A DNA stretch of 60,632 bases, from positions 1 to 60,632 of the IMG/VR virus record IMGVR_UViG_3300031885_000014; one strand, given 5' to 3'. Positions 53,450 to 60,632 of this stretch are shown here, in pieces. This DNA is from a virus. Lineage: Duplodnaviria > Caudoviricetes. Made by a program: the position numbers and the translations under genes. Each line of letters begins with the position of its first letter. Position 1 is the first letter of the stretch. Below the pieces are notes generated by a model that was not told where the DNA came from, made no database searches, and saw only the letters and a list, made by a program, of their open reading frames with translations.

Positions 53450-54039
53450 CCACGCGCATTGCCGAGCCGAAGCCCATCTACAAGTTGCCCTTGCCCGGAG
53501 GGACGCGCACGGCATTGCACCGCCGCTGGCCAAAGTGCCCTGGCTGTGGCGAAACGCGAGGACTCGCTCCCCATCACGTTGTACCGCGCGACGAGGGCGG
53601 CGGAGACGATCTCGGAAACCTCATGATGTTGTGCGATCCGTGCCACGACTTCATCGAGGCCCATGACTATAAGCCGCGCACCCTCAAGAGGATTCTCTTC
53701 ATTCTGGGAGACCGCTTCCCATCGGGGCTCTCTCCTGACGAACCGGAGATTCCGGGCGAAGAGGGCGACTGGCGCGAATGGGTCTACGGCGGTGTCCCAA
53801 GCCCTTGGAGAAACACGCGCTGGCTGGAAGAGCGCTACCGTCGTCTAGGCGGGAAGCCTGGGGATGCCTTGACACGGGAAATGGAGGCGTCCGTTCGGGC
53901 CACCCTGAGGGCGAAAACTTCTGGCGATCAGGTTCAATCTACGATGCCCACGCCGCCAATGGCGACTGAGCGTATCAACCGCCCAGAAACGAATCGTGGG
54001 GCACTACAGGGCACCTTCGCGCTGGAGATCGCGCCGTGA
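53446..54039 (+). CDS. HNH endonuclease
   Basis: CPGCG...HHVVPRDEGG.D..GNL..LCDPCH. Confidence 0.85.
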   Translation: MTTRIAEPKPIYKLPLPGGTRTALHRRWPKCPGCGETRGLAPHHVVPRDEGGGDDLGNLMMLCDPCHDFIEAHDYKPRTLKRILFILGDRFPSGLSPDEPEIPGEEGDWREWVYGGVPSPWRNTRWLEERYRRLGGKPGDALTREMEASVRATLRAKTSGDQVQSTMPTPPMATERINRPETNRGALQGTFALEIAP

Positions 54040-54291
54040 TGCGTTTTGGAAGGTGCGTCAACGGCTGTGGCTGGGGCCAAATAGATGAGAACGGCCTATG
54101 CCTGCGCCGCTGCCTGTCCAGTCGGAAGGTGAGACGACAATTGAGGAAGGAGGTACCGCTATCCGCTAGTCGGCGAAACAAGTCCGTGGTGATGGTGCCT
54201 TAAAAGCCGGGAGCCCAGGGCCGGCGACTAACTCCGGGCTGGGCTCCCAACGTGCCCGCTGTGGCGGGCTTCAGCTAATAGGAGTATCGCA

Positions 54292-54744
54292 ATGGTTGCA
54301 GAGAAAGTCAAGACCACAGAGGAGCAGGTCGGCGAAGTGCGTGAGGGCCTTGAGAACATGATGGAGGCCCTATCCGAACTGCGTGAACAGAAGGAACGAT
54401 TGGAGGAACGGTACGAGACCCTCCTGTACATCGTCCTCCGTTGGGCCTATGAGGGCTATGACAGCGAGCCAGCCCGCAAGCGTGCCCTTTGGGAACTGAC
54501 GCGGAAGGCGGCCCAGGGCGTAGCCTACGGCTCGGACGAATATCACATCGCCGTCCTGACGGGCGGGCGGGGGTTGAAGGTAGGCGAGAATGCGCCCCTC
54601 TGCCCTGGCCCTGCGCCGGAGGACGCTGGTGCCATCCTGGACGGCACCAACTTTGGCGACACGCCGCGACGGTACAGCATTCGCCCCGGCGCGATGCACC
54701 AGGGCAGCGCGGGGTTGCCGTCCACGGGGGCGAGGCGGTCATGA
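54292..54744 (+). CDS. hypothetical coiled-coil protein
   Basis: AGGAG RBS; two GC hairpins upstream at 54209-54270. Confidence 0.6.
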   Translation: MVAEKVKTTEEQVGEVREGLENMMEALSELREQKERLEERYETLLYIVLRWAYEGYDSEPARKRALWELTRKAAQGVAYGSDEYHIAVLTGGRGLKVGENAPLCPGPAPEDAGAILDGTNFGDTPRRYSIRPGAMHQGSAGLPSTGARRS

Positions 54745-55184
54745 GAGCCCTACTCGAACGCCTACACCGCGCACGGCTGACGCTAGACTCCCTAGAGGCA
54801 GAGCGGGCCGAAGCGAGGCGTCACTTTGAAGAGGCTCAGGCCGAACTGACGAGCAGGCGGGGGCAAGCCGCTCTTGAGGTCGAGGCGGCTACCCTTGCAC
54901 TCCGCACGGCCGCCATCGCCGCCTTCCAAGAGACAGGCGACCTCGCGCCAGCTCCGGGTATCAAGATTCGCATGATGAGTCGCCTGGACTATGAGGCCGA
55001 TGAGGCCAAGCGGTGGGCGATAAATCACAAGATGGCCCTGAGCCTGGACACCCGCGAGTTTGAGAAGCTGGCAAAGGCGGCGCCCGCCAACTTCGACTTC
55101 GTGCGGCAGTACCAGGAGCCCGCCGCGACGATAGCGACGGATCTTGGGCCGGTGCTGGATGAGGTGACAGATGCCGATTCGTAA
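54741..55184 (+). CDS. coiled-coil protein, possibly Gam/Gp157-like
   Basis: N-terminal coiled coil then PGIKIR; next to recombination gene. Confidence 0.5.
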   Translation: MRALLERLHRARLTLDSLEAERAEARRHFEEAQAELTSRRGQAALEVEAATLALRTAAIAAFQETGDLAPAPGIKIRMMSRLDYEADEAKRWAINHKMALSLDTREFEKLAKAAPANFDFVRQYQEPAATIATDLGPVLDEVTDADS

Positions 55185-56217
55185 CGTTTCCGATCGCCCG
55201 CGTATGCCCCGGCTCGGGAAGATACGCCTGGGCCGCAAGGTCGAAAGCGGCAAGGGCACCGAGTACCCGAAGGCCCTTGATCACTTCCTTTGCCCGCCGG
55301 ATGTGTTGACGGCCCTCGCAGGCAAGGTGCCCTTCTGTGACGGCGCCTGCAAGGACGAACCGGGGCCGGTCGAATTGCCCATCATGTTCCTTTCCAACGA
55401 CACAGAGAAGGTGGCCTCGCAGTGGTTCCGGTCCTACAAGGCGACCGTGGGGCTGGTCTGCAAGGGCGATGGCTACAAGGCCGATGCCCTGTTCGACCGC
55501 GAGGCCCTAGCACACGCTGGCGGTGACATCACGCAGCCGATTCCAGTTGACAGGTGGGCCAAGCACGACTCCAAGGAGACCGTCAGGCGTGACGATATCG
55601 AGTGCTGGGGCCAGGGGTACGAGGATCATCCCCCTTGCCCCGCCTATGACGCCGGCAAGTGCAAGCGACTGATGATGCTGCAATTCGCCATCCCCCAGGC
55701 TCCTGGCCTCGGCATCTACCAGCTCGATACTTCTAGCGTCAACTCCATTCTGAACATCAACGGCTTCTTCGAGTACCTGACGATGCTGACGGGCGGACGG
55801 ATTGCCGGGATCCCCCTGATCCTCAAGGTCATTTCCCAAGAGGTCGCGCCCAACGGCAAGAAGAAGACCGTCCACGTGCTGCAAGTCTCAACGCCCTTCG
55901 GTCTAGCCGAATTGGCTGAGCGCATGTCCAAGCCCGTCATTGAGGCGCTTCTGCCGGCGCCGCACCCTGAGCCAGACGAGGAGGAAATACCGGAGGGCTT
56001 CTACCCAGAGGAGGCGACAGAGGCGGCGGAAGAGCCCGAACCCATGCTCACCGAACCCGACATGCCCAAGCTCCGCAACCTGGGCGACCTCTACAAGCAC
56101 GCCCATGACCTCCTCGGGTACCCCAACAAGGCAGCCGTACTCAAAGACCTTGGCTGCACGGAGATGGAGATCAATGACCTGCCGGCCGCCTGGCGGAAGC
56201 TGGCGGCGAAGGCGTGA
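55171..56217 (+). CDS. recombination directionality factor-like (Gp3-like) protein
   Basis: MPRLGKIRLG.K....YP..LDHF, CKGDG, L.F.IP...GLG.YQL.TSS.NSI. Confidence 0.7.
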   Translation: MPIRNVSDRPRMPRLGKIRLGRKVESGKGTEYPKALDHFLCPPDVLTALAGKVPFCDGACKDEPGPVELPIMFLSNDTEKVASQWFRSYKATVGLVCKGDGYKADALFDREALAHAGGDITQPIPVDRWAKHDSKETVRRDDIECWGQGYEDHPPCPAYDAGKCKRLMMLQFAIPQAPGLGIYQLDTSSVNSILNINGFFEYLTMLTGGRIAGIPLILKVISQEVAPNGKKKTVHVLQVSTPFGLAELAERMSKPVIEALLPAPHPEPDEEEIPEGFYPEEATEAAEEPEPMLTEPDMPKLRNLGDLYKHAHDLLGYPNKAAVLKDLGCTEMEINDLPAAWRKLAAKA

Positions 56218-56831
56218 TGTCTAGACTCCTCGACCTCTTCTGTGGCGCCGGCGGGGCTGCGATGGGCTACCACCGCGCGGGGTTTGAGGTCGTGGGCGTG
56301 GACATCAAGCCCCAGCCGCACTACCCGTTCGAGTTTCACCAGGCCGACGCCATGACCTACCCCCTGGAGGGCTTCGACGCGATCCACGCGAGCCCGCCGT
56401 GCCAGGCATACAGCCAAGCCGCTCTGGGGACTGGCAAGACCTATCCCGACCTCCTGGCCGCTGTCCGCGAACGGCTGGTTATCGCCGGGGCGGCGTGGGT
56501 GATTGAGAATGTGCCCGGTGCTCCAATGCGAGCCGACTTCAGGTTATGTGGCTGCATGTTCGGTCTATCTCTGCGTCGGGAACGATGGTTTGAAACGAGT
56601 TGGCAGCATTTTGCCCTGCGCCAACCGTGCCTGCATACCGGCCCCGTCGTCTCAGTCGTGGGCCACGGAACGCCCACATGGGTCCGAAAGATACTCAGGT
56701 TCAACCCAACGATCCATCACTACCGCGAGGCGATGGGCATCGACTGGATGAACCGTGACGAACTCTCCCAGGCCATCCCGCCCGCCTACACGGAGTACAT
56801 CGGCAGCTGGCTGATGAAGGAGTGGGCATGA
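56214..56831 (+). CDS. DNA cytosine-5 methyltransferase (compact)
   Basis: LLDLFCGAGG, HASPPCQ, IENV, RRER.FE, QAIPPAYT. Confidence 0.9.
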   Translation: MMSRLLDLFCGAGGAAMGYHRAGFEVVGVDIKPQPHYPFEFHQADAMTYPLEGFDAIHASPPCQAYSQAALGTGKTYPDLLAAVRERLVIAGAAWVIENVPGAPMRADFRLCGCMFGLSLRRERWFETSWQHFALRQPCLHTGPVVSVVGHGTPTWVRKILRFNPTIHHYREAMGIDWMNRDELSQAIPPAYTEYIGSWLMKEWA

Positions 56832-57022
56832 TGCTAGTCCCCGAGTTCGTCACCGTCCGGGTGCTCACCGCTTGCGGCTGGCAGACCGTACATGCTGCCC
56901 GGCTGCACCAGACTGTCGAATGGCCAGAGGCGGTGTGGTGGGCGCACCTAACGGCCACATGCCACATGGCTGAGGGGAGAACAGTGGCCGCGTTGGAGAG
57001 GCTGAACGATGGCCCGCCTTGA
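56828..57022 (+). CDS. hypothetical protein
   Basis: AAGGAG RBS; ATGA overlap. Confidence 0.45.
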   Translation: MMLVPEFVTVRVLTACGWQTVHAARLHQTVEWPEAVWWAHLTATCHMAEGRTVAALERLNDGPP

Positions 57023-57281
57023 GATGTTCGTTGAGTTCTACAAAGACAAACCACCACCGAATGCCGAACTGGTGCTGCGGGCGGCTACGAGCGGCCTTCG
57101 GCTTCTCCGGTCGGTTGAGACCGAACTTCGCAGGGGGAAACCCCTCACCCGCGGGTTCGCTGGCAACTGGACATCACCACTAGTTACTCAGGCGCCCTCA
57201 TCGTCTACCGTTCTAAGGAGATCCCGGAGTGGACGAGCTGGACGCCGAAGGTACAGAGGATGGGCAAGGAGTGAGCGCACG

Positions 57282-57380
57282 TCGCCCTTCGCTCGGAGGG
57301 CTGCCGCCATCCGTTAGTGGCCTGTGGTTGGTCACTGTTTACGGAAGGCGGAAACCACCAGCTCTCCGAGCGGTGGGTGA
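57282..57380 (+). ncRNA. structured RNA with nested stems and probable pseudoknot
   Basis: CGCTCGGAGGGCTG (57290) pairs with CAGCTCTCCGAGCG (57359); inner stems; loop GTGGTT (57324) complementary to AACCAC (57353). Confidence 0.55.
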
Positions 57381-57635
57381 AGGTAGGTTGAGGGATAGAA
57401 CGATTAACAAATTACCTCATCCCCTACGACCGGAAGGTGCCCGTCTTAGCACGACTAGGGGGAAAACGCCTGCACCAACGGGTGGGACAGCCGTGGAGAA
57501 TCGGGACTCGGCAACAGGCCCTCACCCGCCGCATCAAGCGAGGGTTCGCCCTTCGCCTCCAGCCCTGGGAAGAAGGCTCGGCCCGATGCGCGGGACGCCG
57601 CGAGACGGTCGGGTGACCCCAGGGTTGGCGGCGGC

Positions 57636-57721
57636 GGGTGAAGGCCGATAGCAGAGCGGCACTGCGCGGGGCTAGAGATCCCGAGGCCCAGGTTCGAATC
57701 CTGGTCGAGACCCACCCGCCA
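57636..57721 (+). tRNA. atypical tRNA-like RNA, anticodon AGA, interrupted and elongated acceptor stem
   Basis: D arm GCAG/CTGC, anticodon arm CGGGG-CTAGAGA-TCCCG, T arm CCAGG-TTCGAAT-CCTGG, ends GCCA. Confidence 0.65.
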
Positions 57722-57727
57722 CTTCAT

Positions 57728-57815
57728 GGGTTCGCTGCGCCGGGTAGCTCAGTGTTAGAGCGCGGTCGCACCGAGGTCGCGGGTTGAAATCCCGCCCTGG
57801 CGCAGCGGCCCACCA
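57728..57815 (+). ncRNA. tRNA-like RNA with 16-bp acceptor stem and truncated anticodon arm
   Basis: TA-GCTC-AGTGTTA-GAGC D arm, CGGT-CGC-ACCG mini arm, GCGGG-TTGAAAT-CCCGC T arm, ends ACCA. Confidence 0.7.
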
Positions 57816-57832
57816 GGAAGAAGGAGGCAGAG

Positions 57833-58087
57833 ATGAAGTGGACAGTTAACGGCTCACTGGCCTTTCCGCCCCCCAAAGATGAAGATGAATACGTCAGTAA
57901 TGCCACGACGCAGCGCACCATTGAAGTCATCCGCGCCGAAGGGCACGCCGCCGGCTACAAGGATGGGTTGCTGGCGATGACTGCCTGGGCGCTGAATCGC
58001 AAGCCACGGCTGACGAAGAGTGACCTGTGGGATGCCCGCGTCGAGATCAACCGCACGGGTTCCCTCCCCGAAGACAAGGAGGCGTGA
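57833..58087 (+). CDS. hypothetical protein
   Basis: AAGGAGG RBS. Confidence 0.65.
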   Translation: MKWTVNGSLAFPPPKDEDEYVSNATTQRTIEVIRAEGHAAGYKDGLLAMTAWALNRKPRLTKSDLWDARVEINRTGSLPEDKEA

Positions 58088-59325
58088 TGCGGACCGGGAT
58101 TCCCTATGCCGATGACGTTTGGTCCGTGACCGAGGGCTGTACCAAGATCAGCCGCGGGTGCGCTCACTGCTGGGCCGCCGCGCTCGCCCCCCGCCTGGGC
58201 ATCGACTTCTCGCACGTCACCCTGCACCCCGAGCGGTTAGACGAGCCCCTTCACTGGCGCAGGCCCAGGACGGTGTTCGTCGCATCACGGTCCGACCTGT
58301 TTCACGCGGATGTGCCGGATGAGTTCATTGACAGGGTGTTCACGGTGATGGCGCTGACTCCCCATCACATCTATCTGCTGCTGACGAAGAGGCCGGAGAG
58401 AATGCGGGTCTATCTCATGGACAAGACCGCGTCATCGCCTCCTGTCTTCCCTGATACGGCTAGCGAGGAGGTGCGGCCCATTCCTGGCTACCCTGGCTAC
58501 TTCGCCTCTTCTCACGGCTACATCTACTCGGAGAAGCGCGGTAGCCGTCGTGCCATGCAGCCCGACGTGGCGAAAGATGGGTACGAGCGCGTTCAACTTC
58601 ACCGCGAGGGCAATGGTCGGCGCGGTGATCGGCTTCTTATACACCGTGTGATCTTGGAGAGCTTCGGTGGGGCTGCGCCGAGTCCAGATATACAGACCCG
58701 CCATCTCGACGGGAATCCGCACAATAACCGCCTCAGCAACCTTGCATGGGGCACTCAGGCAGAGAACTGGGCGGACTCGAAACGACACGGCAGATACCGG
58801 CGATATTGGAAACTGGAATCCCAAGAGGTCGATGGCATCCGGCGCCGCTGGTCTGCGGGGGAAACCGCCGCAAGTATCGCACGGGATTTCGGGGTCTCAG
58901 ACACCCAAGTACGCAACATCGGCCGGGGCCTGCAATGGAATGTAAAGCCCATGATAACCTGGCCCCTGAACAACGTGTGGTGCGGCGTCAGCGTCGAGGA
59001 CCAGGCGACCGCCGACGAGCGCATACCGCTGCTCGTCCGCATGAAGGCGGAAGGGGCAGCGGCCCACATCTGGGTATCCTTTGAGCCTCTCCTAGAAAAC
59101 CTCTCTATCAATCACCAACTAGTCCGACAACTTGACTGGGCCGTGATAGGCGGAGAGTCGGGGCCAAAGGCTCGGCGTATGCGAGTCTCCTGGCTCGCCC
59201 AGCTAGCCAGCCAGTGCGCGACGCTCCGTGTCAAATGCTACGTCAAGCAGGCGAGCCACAGATACCCAGGCAGGCAGGGGGATCTAAGTGACGAACTGTG
59301 GGCGAGGAAGGCGGTGCCGTGGTGA
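58087..59325 (+). CDS. DUF5131 (phage Gp37/Gp68) protein with in-frame NUMOD4-HNH-HTH insertion
   Basis: [27 protein letters not shown] ... [29 protein letters not shown]. Insert: [31 protein letters not shown]. Confidence 0.88.
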   Translation: MRTGIPYADDVWSVTEGCTKISRGCAHCWAAALAPRLGIDFSHVTLHPERLDEPLHWRRPRTVFVASRSDLFHADVPDEFIDRVFTVMALTPHHIYLLLTKRPERMRVYLMDKTASSPPVFPDTASEEVRPIPGYPGYFASSHGYIYSEKRGSRRAMQPDVAKDGYERVQLHREGNGRRGDRLLIHRVILESFGGAAPSPDIQTRHLDGNPHNNRLSNLAWGTQAENWADSKRHGRYRRYWKLESQEVDGIRRRWSAGETAASIARDFGVSDTQVRNIGRGLQWNVKPMITWPLNNVWCGVSVEDQATADERIPLLVRMKAEGAAAHIWVSFEPLLENLSINHQLVRQLDWAVIGGESGPKARRMRVSWLAQLASQCATLRVKCYVKQASHRYPGRQGDLSDELWARKAVPW

Positions 59326-59552
59326 GGCGTGTAGAACTCCAAGTCCTACTCACGCTCTGGCGTAAAGAGCGGGCCATTCGGCGCGCGGAGTGGGGTGAAG
59401 CCCCGACCCAAGAGACTGCGACGGCACTGGGGGAAGCGATCGGGCGCTGCAACATGCTGGGTGCGTTGCTGGGAGCGCCCGACAGTGACCTGCGCCCCGG
59501 CGGCGCCAATATGCGGGCGGCAATGCGCCGAGTTGAGGAGACAGGAACATGA
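59322..59552 (+). CDS. hypothetical protein
   Basis: GTGA-coupled ORF. Confidence 0.45.
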   Translation: MRRVELQVLLTLWRKERAIRRAEWGEAPTQETATALGEAIGRCNMLGALLGAPDSDLRPGGANMRAAMRRVEETGT

Positions 59553-59622
59553 CCGCCCGCCATCCCGCCGAGTACTTTCCGGCACCCACTGAGGGCGAGC
59601 GGATGGATCAGGAGGCGAAGGG

Positions 59623-59841
59623 ATGAACCGAAAGCTCTTGGCGGTCATTCGGCAGAAGCAATGGGGCATCACCAATTCGGGTCGGCTGCATGTGATGATT
59701 CGCGATCCTATCGATGAACACGCTGCCTGCGGACGGGCGGGAGGATGGCCTTTGCCATCCTGTCCACCACCTAAGACATTGGGCCTTGCTGATATCTGCC
59801 CATACTGCCTTCCGCTTCTAGAGAAGGAGGCGACGGCATGA
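59623..59841 (+). CDS. hypothetical protein
   Basis: AGGAGG RBS; H..CG..CPYC. Confidence 0.55.
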   Translation: MNRKLLAVIRQKQWGITNSGRLHVMIRDPIDEHAACGRAGGWPLPSCPPPKTLGLADICPYCLPLLEKEATA

Positions 59842-60194
59842 ACGCCGCCGAAGACCTGCTTGCCATCCATCTGGCCGAACTCGGCCTGCACTTCATCCGC
59901 CAGTTTGCCTACACAGCGAGCCGCAAGTTCAGGGCGGACTTCGCAGTATGGCAGTTCGACGCCTCCAAACGAAGCACCAATAAAGAGCCGCCTCGCCTCT
60001 GCCTCATCGAAGTCACCGGCGGCATCTACTCCAAACAGGCCCACGGCAGCGTGACCGGCGTGCTGAAAGATAACGAGCGGCTCTTCGAGGCGTTCAAGGC
60101 GCGGTGGCCGATGATCCGCGTGACCCCCCAGCAGGTGGAGAGCGGGGAGGCCAAGGCGATGATCGCGGCGAGGATGAAGGAGGACTCAAGATGA
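59838..60194 (+). CDS. PD-(D/E)xK / DUF559-like endonuclease
   Basis: RKFRADFA...LIEVTGG...H....KD..R....W..IRVT. Confidence 0.7.
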   Translation: MNAAEDLLAIHLAELGLHFIRQFAYTASRKFRADFAVWQFDASKRSTNKEPPRLCLIEVTGGIYSKQAHGSVTGVLKDNERLFEAFKARWPMIRVTPQQVESGEAKAMIAARMKEDSR

Positions 60195-60632
60195 CGTGGT
60201 ACAAGTTGGCTCGCCCCGACGGGTGGGACTTCTTCAGCGGCAAGATCATCAACTACCGCGAGGCCATAGGGTCTACGGTCAAGGCACCGACATTCCGGCG
60301 GACGGGTGATTGCGGGCATGGCCTGCACATCTCCCAGAATCCGAATGACTGTTTTATTGGTGCCCGGATTCCTTGCTCGGCCTATGAGGTTGAGCCTGGC
60401 CGCGCGATAGACCGAATCGATGCCACGAAGAGTAAGGCCCGCTCCCTCAGAGTAGTGCGCGAGATACCGGACCTCGACGCGCTGTTTGGTTGGCGGTACT
60501 CCGACGCAGTGGCACCCATCAACCCATTTGCCTTGCCTGTGCCACCGATCACTGGTGAAGTGTGGAACCTTGTCGATAGATGGGCCAGCGTGAGGGACAG
60601 CGTGGGGGACAGCGTGGGGGACAGCGTGAGGG
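60191..60632 (+). CDS. 5' part of tetrapeptide-repeat protein (continues at nt 1)
   Basis: AAGGAGG RBS; MTWYKL...CGHGLH... open to the contig end, finishing WASVRDSVGDSVGDSVR. Confidence 0.75.
   Translation, partial: MTWYKLARPDGWDFFSGKIINYREAIGSTVKAPTFRRTGDCGHGLHISQNPNDCFIGARIPCSAYEVEPGRAIDRIDATKSKARSLRVVREIPDLDALFGWRYSDAVAPINPFALPVPPITGEVWNLVDRWASVRDSVGDSVGDSVR
60581..60632 (+). repeat. 12-bp coding tandem repeat G(A/C)CAGCGTG(A/G)GG
   Basis: Four units of the same repeat found at nt 1-39. Confidence 0.9.

Noticed and set aside
53668-53682. Possible self-target of array unit 5 (TAt AAg CCg CGc)
   Set aside because: Only four dinucleotides match before a mismatch, which is expected by chance in 60 kb; I could not run a full search

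Overview
The window looks like an essentially complete, probably circular, GC-rich temperate siphovirus-type phage genome. Both ends break inside the same 12-bp tandem repeat of one gene. Gene order: replication initiator and small early genes; HldE-like kinase; ParB-DNA methylase; terminase (probable TerS-TerL fusion with an HNH intein); portal-MuF; ChaB-protease-scaffold; Cys-rich major capsid protein; six glycosyltransferases plus two SAM methyltransferases; neck, tail tube, tape measure and tail proteins; holin and endolysin; a SpeD-like gene missed by the ORF track; sigma factor; tyrosine recombinase; XRE repressor with divergent promoters; then an early region with MT-A70 and C5 methylases, an HNH nuclease, a structured ncRNA block with two aberrant tRNA-like RNAs, and a DUF5131 gene carrying an in-frame NUMOD4-HNH insertion. 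The standout is 9942-10967: a solitary Cas7/RAMP-like gene followed directly by a non-CRISPR array of nine units. Each unit is a TGNCGSCGAG boundary motif, 3 nt, then 5-9 TGNNN pentamers. This looks like an RNA-guided system with a non-contiguous guide code (VIPR-like, but with an NTG/NN motif). All family calls come from motif recognition by eye; no database searches were run.
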